From positions 2,512 to 66,511 of the forward strand of contig JBDLSZ010000052.1 in assembly GCA_039799305.1 (NCBI GenBank): a DNA stretch of 64,000 nt, in the 5' to 3' direction. The position numbers and the translations under genes were made by a program. The DNA is from Actinomycetota bacterium. GTDB taxonomy: Bacteria > Actinomycetota > Actinomycetes > Nanopelagicales > Nanopelagicaceae. Below are positions 10,651-20,209 of the stretch, one piece after another. The notes beneath the pieces are model-generated. The model saw only the letters and a list, made by a program, of their open reading frames with translations, was not told where the DNA came from and did not search any database. Each line of letters begins with the position of its first letter. Positions within the stretch are counted from its first letter, which is position 1.

Positions 10651-11022
10651 TTAGGAAGGGACTGCGCGTAAGTGTCCGCGTCGACCCACGCTTGATTGGG
10701 ATGGCGATGTTGATACTTCGTGCTCAGAGGCAAGTGCAACCTGAGCTACTTCGCGGACTGCATCTGCAATTGCCATTAAATCATCATCACTAGGTCCAGC
10801 ATGATCGACATCAACGCTCTGGCGAATTACATTCCAACCATTAGGCACTGTCAGTCTTGCTGAATGTTTATCGCAGAGATCGTAGGAATGTGGTTCAGAG
10901 AAAGTAGCAAGGGGACCAAGGACTGCAGTTGAATCTGCATAGATATACGTCAGAGTCATCGATGCAACGGAGCGACAAGTCACGCGTGAACACACGCGAC
11001 CTGTCCGTACTTGATTACTCAT
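10651..11022 (-). CDS. DUF3499-family protein
   Basis: CSRxxC..TLTYIYADSTAVLGPLA..EPHSYDLCxxH..P.GW, C-terminal RRGHLR; conserved position next to manB. Confidence 0.88.
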   Translation of the reverse strand: MSNQVRTGRVCSRVTCRSVASMTLTYIYADSTAVLGPLATFSEPHSYDLCDKHSARLTVPNGWNVIRQSVDVDHAGPSDDDLMAIADAVREVAQVALASEHEVSTSPSQSSVGRRGHLRAVPS

Positions 11023-11054
11023 GTCATCAAGATTAGTGGGGGTGAGTCCGAAAG

Positions 11055-12356
11055 TTAGGGATTGAGTACTCGAATATTGGATGCGGGTACTGAAGATTTT
11101 GAAAGAACGCTGCCGGCATTGAGTGGGATATAGCCATAACCACTCTTTGATGCGATCAGAGCTGCGCCCGATGTGCCCGATGAAATACCGGTAAAGGAGA
11201 CTGCGCGCACAGAATCAGGAACCACAAAGGTCGCAATATCCTCGGTTGCAATCTTGATTGTCTTTGTCTTGCCATTTGTATAGGTCAGCTCAAGATTGAC
11301 CTTGATGCGAGTACCAGTAAAGACAAGGGTGGGAGCCAATCCCGTTGTAGCAAGGGTGTATTCAGTCAGATCATCGGCTGCAGTACTCCAGACAAAGTCA
11401 CGCTTTCCCTTGACCAGAGTCTGAGAGAAGACAGAGCCAAGGATCGGCTGATCGGATGAAATATGCAGTGCAAATTTTCCAGATGCCATCGTCACATCCA
11501 GAGGAATTTCAATCACTTTCTTATGTGCAATCACTCTTCCATCAATACCTGTTGGGGCAAATGTTCCATCCGTTGACTTAATAACTGCCGTAATGCGTGC
11601 ATCAACATCGCCTGGAACGAGAAGGCGGAGAGTGTGCGGAGTCGATCCCTTCCTTCCGGTCTGCTGAGGAATTGCAGGAATCTGTATTTTCTTTATTGGC
11701 TCCCCCGTTGAATTCACAATATCTCCACCAAGGGCCTTAAGTCCCTTACCGCGTTCATCAATCACAAATCCATTCACACGTCCTGAACGAGGAAGTAGGT
11801 GGATGGCAATCTGCTTAGAGCCCGGCGCCAAGGAAGCAAGCGAGAGTGATGTGAAGGTATTTGCTTTGAGTGAAATGCTGCGCGGAGTGATGGCTCCGTT
11901 TTCAGTAAATATTTGTATCTCAACGAGTGCGCGACCTAAACCACTGTTCACAACGTTGAGTGATCCTTTGGAAGTGATATCTGCAGTTGCTCCCACAAAC
12001 CACTGAGATGCAACGGGTGCACTGCAAGGAACAGCACCTGCCCACACTCCCGTGCGCACTTGCCATGCAATAGGTGTGACAGAACCTGCTTCCACCACAG
12101 CAGATTGCGCTGCTACTGCAAAACGTCTAATGCCAACTTCTGAAGTCTGCATTGATGAGGTTCCGGTTTTGCGAACAAGAGTCTTCGGTGATGTTAATGA
12201 AATTGCAGTAGATAAACCTGTTGTATTGGGTGGACATACCGATGCTGGGTATGAGGAATTGAATCGACTAGTAGAGACCGTCACATTGAGGATATTGCTC
12301 AGAAAGAGCACAGTCGCCGTGGCGATAGCCAGTATGAGAATGCGTTGATTCTTCAT
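11055..12356 (-). CDS. DUF5719-family secreted/membrane-anchored protein
   Basis: N-terminal anchor, VCP, C..P...WFVGA motif; coupled to the large GT2 gene as in other actinobacteria. Confidence 0.7.
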   Translation of the reverse strand: MKNQRILILAIATATVLFLSNILNVTVSTSRFNSSYPASVCPPNTTGLSTAISLTSPKTLVRKTGTSSMQTSEVGIRRFAVAAQSAVVEAGSVTPIAWQVRTGVWAGAVPCSAPVASQWFVGATADITSKGSLNVVNSGLGRALVEIQIFTENGAITPRSISLKANTFTSLSLASLAPGSKQIAIHLLPRSGRVNGFVIDERGKGLKALGGDIVNSTGEPIKKIQIPAIPQQTGRKGSTPHTLRLLVPGDVDARITAVIKSTDGTFAPTGIDGRVIAHKKVIEIPLDVTMASGKFALHISSDQPILGSVFSQTLVKGKRDFVWSTAADDLTEYTLATTGLAPTLVFTGTRIKVNLELTYTNGKTKTIKIATEDIATFVVPDSVRAVSFTGISSGTSGAALIASKSGYGYIPLNAGSVLSKSSVPASNIRVLNP

Positions 12357-15300
12357 GCGATCACCGCATCCTCAATCTCACTTCTTCGACGACCCGAAGG
12401 AAGTGCAAGAACAACTGTGGTCACCAAGACGATGAGGAATAGTGAGATCCATCCGCGTCTGATGGTGCCATCGTGAATGACAGAGATATGTCCACCTGTT
12501 GTGACTTCAAATGATGGAAGCTCGCTGGCATTCTCAATCTTGGCAAGGCGATATCCATCTTGAGAAATCTGCCATGCGTTGCTGTAGCTCTCAGTTAAAG
12601 TAATTGTTCCAGGAGCTGGAACATAGGTGCGCACTCCCTTGAAAGGAAGAATCATTTCTTTTCCAGAGTAATCAACAAATTTCAATCGCCCAGTATCTTT
12701 CAGCACTCGCCAAACAATTCCAGCATTGGTGGCAGATGTTCGATTAAACCCACCCAAGCCATCGATTGTCTGCACGACATCTTTACTTACTGGGTTCTTC
12801 AGGAATACATACTTAATGCCATAGGTAGAAAAAATCTTGCTGGATGTGACGCCAGTATTATCAACAAGACCTTCAATAGCTTGAGTGATTACTGGAAGAT
12901 CTTTCGGGGCAACATCTGGTTCGCCCAACATAATTGCAGATCCTCGTGAAATGTAATACGACAACGTGGTCTCATTGTTATTGCGATATGAACGCAGCAC
13001 CACAGTCTTTGCATCTTTCTCAATAGAGAGAAAGGCTGGAAGTATCTCTTTTGAGGATGTGCGCAGAGGTGAATCAGCGCCGGCTGTGACAAGCCAGAAA
13101 GTTGATGTGACCGAGTAAGCCATCGTGATTAGTAGCACGAGTGCAACCGAGATATGGCGATAATTCACATGTGACTGTTCAAGTCGGGCGCGAATCTTGT
13201 CAAACATCACCACTGCCGAAGTAATGGAAAGCAAGGTGGCAACGGCGATGAAGGTTGCTGCATTAGCGCGAGTACTAGTTGCCGAACCATTACCTGAAAC
13301 AACGAGTGCGCTGACCAATGTGCCGGATAAGAGAAAGATTAACCCCAGCGTTGCAAATTTGCGTGCTGCAGTTGTTGAAAAGAAAGTAACAAAGAGGACG
13401 ATGGCAACGGGGCTAATGCACCACCACGGAAGAGAACCAGGGCCTCCGGGGTTTGCAAAGAATGCGAAGTTGGCACCTCCTCCTGGAATCGTAAGACCAA
13501 TTTCTGAAAGTAACCGTGTGGGCTTCACAAAGATTGCAAAGGAGCCTGGCGCCGATAAGAGAATAGGCAGAATGAGCATGGTTGCTCTGCGAATCACTCT
13601 CTGAATAAAGAGTGGGTCCTTGTGATTCTTCTGCACAAGAAGAAAATCTCTATAGAGTGCAAAAGCTGCTGCAGCGATCAGAATCAAGAGCACCGATGGA
13701 TTAAAGGCGAAGAGCAGCCAAACAAAGAGTGAGTAGGCGAAGATGCTTCGCCATGTGCGCTTTTCAATATCAACCCAGTTACGAAGACCTGCAGCAAAGA
13801 TTGGCAGAAGTGCGATGAAGACAAGCACGCCTAAGCGCCCTGAGTTCACTGCAGCAATCGAGACAGGTGAAAGTGCGTATAAAAGAGATGCTCCTGCTGA
13901 TAGCCATTGGTTATCGGTATAGCGCTTGAGGAATTGATGTGAAGTAAGTAGGAATATAAATGGTGCTGCAATAAAGAAGAGAGCGATGAATACCTTCACG
14001 CTGCCGAATGTGAGCAGCGATGCACCACTGAGAATCAACACCCACGGTGGCGTCGAAAGACCGCTTCCCATTCCAATCTCATGCCAACTTTCGAGATAGA
14101 GCTTAAAGAGATCCCTAAAACTGCCAGGAGATTCAGGCAGTGCTCCCCCAGATACTGCGCCAAATCTGTGTCTTGCCCAGAAGATTGATATCACAGCAAG
14201 AATTGTGAAAACTGCCACGAGTGGGCGAGCAAATACCAATCTCCATGGCTTAGTTGAAATCGGAGTAAGTAAATCCTCATCTTCATTAATGGTGAGATCA
14301 CTTGCAGCAGGCACGCTTTCGGTGACATCGTCAGGTAAAACATATGATCGCAAACTTTCAAATCCGCGAGAGACTGAACTTCGCAGTTGTGTAAATCGTG
14401 AAGGAATAAAGGTCTTTACGACGCGGCTTGAAATATAACGGCTTGCTTTACGTGCCTTGCGCGCCTTCAGAAGCTCAGTGGGATGAATAAGAAGAGTGGC
14501 GATTGCCAAAATCTCATCACTTGCATAGCCAGGAAGTTTGGCAAAGAGATATCCGATAGATCGCACAAGTGCGCCAGCAAGTAATTGGACGGATAGCCAT
14601 GGAAGTGACCACCAACTTGAGTTGGCTAGAAGAACATAGGCGGCATTACGGCGATCTAGAAGTAATGGGCGATGCAGGAATGCACCTTCGACATCGACTG
14701 CGCGACGTTCATTGCTCGCAGCTTGTGCGTGATAACCAATGGCATCGGTGACCACAGCAACAGTGTGGCCAGCAGTCCGCACGCGCCATCCAAAATCAAC
14801 ATCATCGCGGAAGAGCTCAAGGTTCTGATCAAATCCACCGAGCTCTTCGAAGACGTCGCGTCTGATAAGAGCGCCCGCAGTACTTACTGAAAGCACTTCA
14901 TAGATTCCATCGTGCTGGCCCTGGTCATATTCATTAGGTTCTAATCCAGTCCAGCGAGCGCCGTTGCTTGCAAGACTGATACCCACTTCAAGTAAGTGTG
15001 TGCGGTTATGCCATCCCAACAACTTCGGTCCAGCCATCACAACGCTGGGTCTTTCAGCAAGTGCGCTCAAAAGTGATTCAAGGGCGCCGGGATGTAGTGC
15101 GCAATCATCATGGAGAATCCATAACCATTCTTCAACGCCTTCAATGGGAGCTGCAAGTTTTTCCACTCCATGCGCAACTGCTTCACCAAAACCTGTTGTG
15201 CGATCAAGAGTTGCAACAGGGATGCGAGCGCCTTTAAGAAGTTTGGCTGAGCCATCTGTTGAGCCAGTATCGACAGCAAGAATCTGATCAACGTTTCTCG

Positions 15301-15388
15301 TCTGAGAGATGATTGATGCAACAACTTCAGGCAACCACGTTGATCCATCATGGACAACGAGAATTGCAGAAACGCGTTGCGTGCTCAT
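12353..15388 (-). CDS. Large GT2 glycosyltransferase with multi-TM C-terminal region
   Basis: VDTGSTD, WLWILHDD, GGFD..L.LFRDDVDFGWR followed by many hydrophobic helices. Confidence 0.88.
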   Translation of the reverse strand: MSTQRVSAILVVHDGSTWLPEVVASIISQTRNVDQILAVDTGSTDGSAKLLKGARIPVATLDRTTGFGEAVAHGVEKLAAPIEGVEEWLWILHDDCALHPGALESLLSALAERPSVVMAGPKLLGWHNRTHLLEVGISLASNGARWTGLEPNEYDQGQHDGIYEVLSVSTAGALIRRDVFEELGGFDQNLELFRDDVDFGWRVRTAGHTVAVVTDAIGYHAQAASNERRAVDVEGAFLHRPLLLDRRNAAYVLLANSSWWSLPWLSVQLLAGALVRSIGYLFAKLPGYASDEILAIATLLIHPTELLKARKARKASRYISSRVVKTFIPSRFTQLRSSVSRGFESLRSYVLPDDVTESVPAASDLTINEDEDLLTPISTKPWRLVFARPLVAVFTILAVISIFWARHRFGAVSGGALPESPGSFRDLFKLYLESWHEIGMGSGLSTPPWVLILSGASLLTFGSVKVFIALFFIAAPFIFLLTSHQFLKRYTDNQWLSAGASLLYALSPVSIAAVNSGRLGVLVFIALLPIFAAGLRNWVDIEKRTWRSIFAYSLFVWLLFAFNPSVLLILIAAAAFALYRDFLLVQKNHKDPLFIQRVIRRATMLILPILLSAPGSFAIFVKPTRLLSEIGLTIPGGGANFAFFANPGGPGSLPWWCISPVAIVLFVTFFSTTAARKFATLGLIFLLSGTLVSALVVSGNGSATSTRANAATFIAVATLLSITSAVVMFDKIRARLEQSHVNYRHISVALVLLITMAYSVTSTFWLVTAGADSPLRTSSKEILPAFLSIEKDAKTVVLRSYRNNNETTLSYYISRGSAIMLGEPDVAPKDLPVITQAIEGLVDNTGVTSSKIFSTYGIKYVFLKNPVSKDVVQTIDGLGGFNRTSATNAGIVWRVLKDTGRLKFVDYSGKEMILPFKGVRTYVPAPGTITLTESYSNAWQISQDGYRLAKIENASELPSFEVTTGGHISVIHDGTIRRGWISLFLIVLVTTVVLALPSGRRRSEIEDAVIA

Positions 15389-15428
15389 AAGGGAAACTTA
15401 TCGTTTGAAAGTATGAAGGTAGCCGCGC

Positions 15429-15737
15429 TTATGCGGGGCGACGCTTAAGACGGCGGCGCTCACGCTCGGAGAGACCACCCCAGATTCCAAAACGCTCATC
15501 ATGTGCGAGCGCATATTCAAGGCACTCTTGGCGCACATCACAGGAGAGGCAGACGCGCTTTGCTTCGCGTGTAGATCCACCCTTTTCAGGAAAGAATGCT
15601 TCTGGATCGGTCTGAGCGCAGAGTGAGCGCTCTTGCCAGGAGAGTTCAATATTCTCTCCGCTAGCTAGTTGGATAGTTGGTCCAGCAGTGGGGGCTGATG
15701 GCTTGCCAGTCGATGTTCCTTCTGGGCGGATCGGCAT
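15429..15737 (-). CDS. whiB: WhiB-family Fe-S regulator (WhiB/WhiB2 type)
   Basis: WQERSLCAQTDPEAFFPEKGGSTREAKRVC..C..C..GIWGGLSERERR. Confidence 0.97.
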   Translation of the reverse strand: MPIRPEGTSTGKPSAPTAGPTIQLASGENIELSWQERSLCAQTDPEAFFPEKGGSTREAKRVCLSCDVRQECLEYALAHDERFGIWGGLSERERRRLKRRPA

Positions 15738-15797
15738 ATGAAAAGCTCCTCAAGTCATTAGGTCGCACTTCGCTGTGAAGAACGCGCTCTAGGTATG

Positions 15798-15827
15798 AAT
15801 TACACCGTTGTAATCCCTCTGAGTCAA
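15798..15827 (-). promoter_or_regulatory. Palindromic operator AATTACAccgtTGTAATC next to a TTGACT -35-like hexamer upstream of whiB
   Basis: ATTACA (15799-15804) and TGTAAT (15809-15814) form an inverted repeat; TTGACT is at 15822-15827 on the minus strand. It matches the AATnACA-N4-TGTnATT motif I recall for mycobacterial McdR (Rv1830) at all but the last base. Confidence 0.6.
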
Positions 15828-15887
15828 CCCCAAGGTCGAGACTTTCTGAAGATTTTTATGCTCAAATCAAGGAAAAATTAAATATTT

Positions 15888-16844
15888 CTACACAATTATC
15901 GGTAAATCGAGCTTTTGCGAGAGGTAATGAGCGTTTTTTTCAACTCCTGCTGCAACATCTGTGCCATGGGCGATAAATGAATGTGACAACCGGGCTCCAT
16001 CGCCAATGGTGACGTCATCTCCGATGATGCAATCATCGATATGAACCCCAGAGCCAATGGCGCAGCGGGCACCGATAGAAGTTCCCCCGGTGATGATGGC
16101 ATCTGGTGCAATCGTGGTGCCGGCCATCGCCTGAAAGTCCCCATCAACAAGATCGCGAGAGCCTTTGAAGAGAGCTGCGGGTGTGCCCACATCTAACCAA
16201 TATGACTGTTCTCTATAACCAAATACAGCTCTACCGCTTGCAACGAGTGCGGGGAATGTTTCGCGTTCAACGCTGACTACCTTGCCCAGCGGAATTTCAT
16301 CAATGACATCAGGGCTAAATACATAACACCCAGCATTGATGGAGTTGGAGATTGGGTTATCCATCTTCTCAAGAAATGCGCTAACACGGCCATCGGCATC
16401 AGTTGGAACACAACCGAATGCACGCGCATCTTCCACATCAATTAAATGCAGTGTGACATCAGCTTTATTTTCAGTATGAAACTTTATTTGATCTGCGATG
16501 GAGTGGCGGCTGAGAACATCACCGTTGAAAATCACGACTGGTTCATCTCGCCCAAGTAACTCTGCAGCATTGCGAATTGCACCGCCTGTGCCAAGTGGTT
16601 CTTTCTCAACAGCGTAGAGAATCTTCATCCCCCACTTGGATCCATCACCAAAGTAGGGAGTAAAGACATCTGCAAGATATGACGTTGCTAAGACAAGTGT
16701 GTGAACTCCAGCTTTCTTCGCAGCAAGGATTTGATGTTCTGTCACAGGAAGTCCCGCAACAGGAAGCATGGGCTTTGGTGATTCATCGGTCAGCGGTTTT
16801 AGACGTGTACCAAAACCACCTACTAAGAGAATGCCTACAGCCAT
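15888..16844 (-). CDS. manC: NDP-sugar synthase, probable mannose-1-phosphate guanylyltransferase
   Basis: LVGGFGTRLKPLT..PKPMLP, EPLGTGGAI, FNGD, YWLDVGTP, C-terminal hexapeptide repeats. Confidence 0.85.
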   Translation of the reverse strand: MAVGILLVGGFGTRLKPLTDESPKPMLPVAGLPVTEHQILAAKKAGVHTLVLATSYLADVFTPYFGDGSKWGMKILYAVEKEPLGTGGAIRNAAELLGRDEPVVIFNGDVLSRHSIADQIKFHTENKADVTLHLIDVEDARAFGCVPTDADGRVSAFLEKMDNPISNSINAGCYVFSPDVIDEIPLGKVVSVERETFPALVASGRAVFGYREQSYWLDVGTPAALFKGSRDLVDGDFQAMAGTTIAPDAIITGGTSIGARCAIGSGVHIDDCIIGDDVTIGDGARLSHSFIAHGTDVAAGVEKNAHYLSQKLDLPIIV

Positions 16845-17935
16845 TATGGGGCGCCTACTTTGCTATTGATGCGCTCTGCAGCTTCTGCAATCTGTGCATC
16901 CGTTGCTGTCATTGCAATACGAATATGTGTTGCTCCGCCTTCGCCATAGAAGATGCCAGGGGTTGCGATAACTCCGCGCTCTGCAAGCCATGAGACTGAA
17001 TCCCAGCAGTTTTCATTGCGCGTTGCCCAGATATAGAGGCCAGCTTCTGAATGCTCGATCCTAAATCCTGCTGCCGTCAATGCGGGGGTAAGGGTTGCTC
17101 GACGAGCGTTATAGCGCCCACGTTGTTCTGTCACATGTTTTTCATCAGAGAGCGCTGCAATCATCGCGTGCTGCACAGGCAACGGCACCATCATCCCTGC
17201 ATGTTTGCGCACCTCAAGGATGCGAGCGATCAGTGCTGGATCTCCCACGATAAATGCTGCTCGATATCCAGCCATGGATGAGCGCTTAGAGAGTGAGAGA
17301 ACGGTGAGGACGTTGGTGTTATCCCCGCCTGTGTAGTGCAGGATTGATGTGGGTGTTACAGAATCTCCGAATTCGAGATAGCACTCATCAGAGACCACAA
17401 CGCTCTTACTCTTTCGTGACCAATCGATTGCAGCTTTTAATTCAGATTCGGTATGAACGCGACCTGTAGGATTCGATGGCGAATTAACCCATGCCATATC
17501 TGCCTGTGGCCATGAAGCTGCATCAAGTGAGACAGGTGTTGCCTCAGCTTGTGCAAGAAGTGCACCGACTAAATACGTTGGATATGCAACATCAGGATAG
17601 AGAACGCTCTTGGCTTCAATGAATGTGGGAAGCCATGCAACAAATTCTTTAGAACCAATAACTGGCAGAACCCCAAATTCACCTGTTGCACCCAGATATT
17701 TCTTTGCCCATGCACTGATTGCTTCACGCAGTTCTGGTGTTCCCATAGTGAGCGGATAACCAGGTGAGTTTGATGCTCTCTGAAATGCTTGCTGAATAAA
17801 TTCAGGGGTTGGATCTACTGGTGTTCCCACTGAGAGGTCGATTGCTCCTTGGGGGTGTTTTCTTGCGATTGCTCCGTAGGGGGCTAACGCATCCCAAGGA
17901 AAATCAGGAAGTTTTTGGCGCAAGAGCAGTGACAT
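16844..17935 (-). CDS. dapC: N-succinyldiaminopimelate aminotransferase
   Basis: LPDFPWD, DLSVGTPVDP, NSPSNPTG, SDECY, SLSKRS; follows fdxA. Start trimmed from the ORF track. Confidence 0.92.
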   Translation of the reverse strand: MSLLLRQKLPDFPWDALAPYGAIARKHPQGAIDLSVGTPVDPTPEFIQQAFQRASNSPGYPLTMGTPELREAISAWAKKYLGATGEFGVLPVIGSKEFVAWLPTFIEAKSVLYPDVAYPTYLVGALLAQAEATPVSLDAASWPQADMAWVNSPSNPTGRVHTESELKAAIDWSRKSKSVVVSDECYLEFGDSVTPTSILHYTGGDNTNVLTVLSLSKRSSMAGYRAAFIVGDPALIARILEVRKHAGMMVPLPVQHAMIAALSDEKHVTEQRGRYNARRATLTPALTAAGFRIEHSEAGLYIWATRNENCWDSVSWLAERGVIATPGIFYGEGGATHIRIAMTATDAQIAEAAERINSKVGAP

Positions 17936-18224
17936 CTGCATGGTCGGTATTTGTCTCCCCGACCTTTGCAGCTCCCCCAGGTGAACCGAGTTCGATAAAG
18001 AATTCTGTATTGATCTTCTTATAACCCTGCCACTGTCCCGGAACATCATCTTCGTAGTAGATGGCTTCCACTGGACATACTGGTTCGCAGGCACCGCAAT
18101 CAACGCATTCATCAGGCTGGATATAGAGCATGCGGGTTCCGTCATAGATGCAATCGACAGGGCACTCCTCGCGGCATGACTTATCTTTTACATCCACGCA
18201 CGGTTCAGCAATTACATATGTCAC
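17904..18224 (-). CDS. fdxA: 7Fe ferredoxin FdxA
   Basis: GTG start with GGAGG SD; TYVIAEPCVDVKDKSCREECPVDCIY...CVDCGACEPVCPVEAI. Confidence 0.96.
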   Translation of the reverse strand: MTYVIAEPCVDVKDKSCREECPVDCIYDGTRMLYIQPDECVDCGACEPVCPVEAIYYEDDVPGQWQGYKKINTEFFIELGSPGGAAKVGETNTDHADVTALAPKTS

Positions 18225-18312
18225 GAAAGTCCTCCGGGGCCTTAAATACTTGGGAACGGTAGGCGGTAATTCTAACCCTGCAGGAGCGCCCATGCACGAT
18301 TATGGTTGCTAT

Positions 18313-19896
18313 ATGGCCTCCATGAGTTTGCGCACGCAGATAGCGCAGGCGCTCGGCAAACGAGCGACTATCCGCCTGCGCGATAGTGATGGCTCCATGC
18401 GAGATATCGTGGGCGTTTTACAGAGTGAGACTGTTCTCGTTAATCGACGTGGGGAGATAGTGAATTTCAACCCTGATGAGGCAGTGGCCTTTCGAGTAAT
18501 CCCTGTTTTTAATCGACGCGATGTATCAACAGGGTCACTTTCTATCTATGACACTAAATCGAAATCTCTTCACACCATTACCGGCACCGACGGAGTAGTC
18601 CGAATCTATTGCTGTGGTCCCACTGTCTATCGCGATGCTCATGTGGGAAACCTTCGCACCTTCTTACTCTCTGATCTGATCTCGCGCACTCTGCAGATGA
18701 CTGGCCTTGATGTGACCTTGGTGCAGAACATCACCGATGTCGGTCATATGGCAGATGACTTTGAAGAAGACAAGATGTTGGCAGAGTCTGCAAAAACTAA
18801 GGTGGACCCTTTCAAGATTGCACGCACATTCGAAGAAAGATTTCATACAGATTTAGCGCGCTTAAATATTGACCCTGCTGCTTCATATCCACGTGCATCC
18901 GAGAAGATGCCCGAGATGATTGCTTCCATCGAAAAATTGATTGCCATGAAGCGTGCCTATGTGGGCAGTGATGGCTCTGTCTACTTCGATGCAACATCAT
19001 TTCCCACTTATGGCACTCTGAGTGGAAATAAACTTGAAGCGCTTCAACCTGGCCATCGATATGAATTCACCGATGAGGGTGGCAAGCGTTTTCATGCAGA
19101 TTGGGCGCTCTGGAAATTAGCAGGTGCTCGAACACAAATGATTTGGGATTCACCATGGGGTGCTGGTTTTCCTGGGTGGCATATCGAGTGCAGCGCAATG
19201 TCCATTGAACTCCTCGATTCTCACGTTGATCTTCATCTCGGTGGTATTGATCTGCGCTTTCCTCACCATGAAAATGAGCGAGCACAATCGAACTCACTAA
19301 CAGGCAATGAAACCGTTGACACATGGGTACATGGCGAACACCTACTCTTTGAGGGGCGGAAGATGTCAAAGAGCGCTGAAAATGTTGTGCTGCTGCAGGA
19401 TGTTATTGACCGCGGCCTTGATCCACTCTCTTTGCGTTTTGCACTCCTTGAAAACCGTTACCGCTCCCAGATGGATTTAAGTTGGGCATCTCTTGAAGCA
19501 GCTCACTCCACACTCAAACGGTGGAGACAACTACTGGCCAACGCCGGTGCAAGTGATGAGATGAAATTTGACCAAGAGATAAGTGATGCTCTCACCACAG
19601 ATCTTGATACACCACGTGCCATGCAACGCATCCGTACTATTGAAAAAGATCCCACCATCGGAGCACTGGATAAACGTGCGCTCTTTCTCTTTGCAGATCA
19701 AGTACTCGGGCTAGAGCTAGACCGTGGAATTGAATCTCGCGATGTCAGTGCTGAGATTCAAGCACTCCTTGATGCTCGCATTAGCGCGCGAGCTGAGAAG
19801 AATTGGGCGCTCAGTGATTCACTTCGCGATCAGTTAACCGATGCTGGGCTTGAAATAAATGATGGAGCTGATGGACAGAGTTGGAGCTGGAAGTAA
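18313..19896 (+). CDS. cysS: Cysteine--tRNA ligase with a ~75-aa N-terminal extra domain
   Basis: CGPTVY, HVGN (HIGH), QNITDVGH, PGWHIECSAM, DLRFPHHENE, KMSKS, C-terminal DALR-type anticodon domain. ATG 18313 lies 6 nt after TATGGT. Confidence 0.92.
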   Translation: MASMSLRTQIAQALGKRATIRLRDSDGSMRDIVGVLQSETVLVNRRGEIVNFNPDEAVAFRVIPVFNRRDVSTGSLSIYDTKSKSLHTITGTDGVVRIYCCGPTVYRDAHVGNLRTFLLSDLISRTLQMTGLDVTLVQNITDVGHMADDFEEDKMLAESAKTKVDPFKIARTFEERFHTDLARLNIDPAASYPRASEKMPEMIASIEKLIAMKRAYVGSDGSVYFDATSFPTYGTLSGNKLEALQPGHRYEFTDEGGKRFHADWALWKLAGARTQMIWDSPWGAGFPGWHIECSAMSIELLDSHVDLHLGGIDLRFPHHENERAQSNSLTGNETVDTWVHGEHLLFEGRKMSKSAENVVLLQDVIDRGLDPLSLRFALLENRYRSQMDLSWASLEAAHSTLKRWRQLLANAGASDEMKFDQEISDALTTDLDTPRAMQRIRTIEKDPTIGALDKRALFLFADQVLGLELDRGIESRDVSAEIQALLDARISARAEKNWALSDSLRDQLTDAGLEINDGADGQSWSWK

Positions 19897-19897
19897 T

Positions 19898-20209
19898 TTA
19901 GGGACGCTTGAGGACTGCGAGAACTCCTGCAACAAATCCAATAGTTAAGAGCGCGCTCCCAGGGTTATCTCCTTGAATAAGAAGCTCATTACCTGCACCA
20001 AATGAACCAGCAATCGAAATCACAATTAACCAAGCAAGTAGTGCGAAGAGCTTGTATCGACGTTTTCCAGAACGACGGCCCACATACCAAATTCCAAGAT
20101 ATGTGGCGAAGATTCCAACAATCACACCCACTGGCGGCAGCGTTTGATGAATTAGCGTTGAGGAGATCGCGATGGCTGCGCCGAAGATGAGTGAGAAGAG
20201 AAAATGCAT
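19898..20209 (-). CDS. Small membrane protein (DUF6113-like) downstream of mshB
   Basis: About four hydrophobic helices; TAATG-coupled to mshB; this position is usual in actinobacteria. Confidence 0.6.
   Translation of the reverse strand: MHFLFSLIFGAAIAISSTLIHQTLPPVGVIVGIFATYLGIWYVGRRSGKRRYKLFALLAWLIVISIAGSFGAGNELLIQGDNPGSALLTIGFVAGVLAVLKRP

Noticed and set aside
18313-19896. Possible mshC, given the adjacent mshB
   Set aside because: It has CGPTVY and a C-terminal anticodon-binding domain; MshC has CGITPY and lacks that domain.
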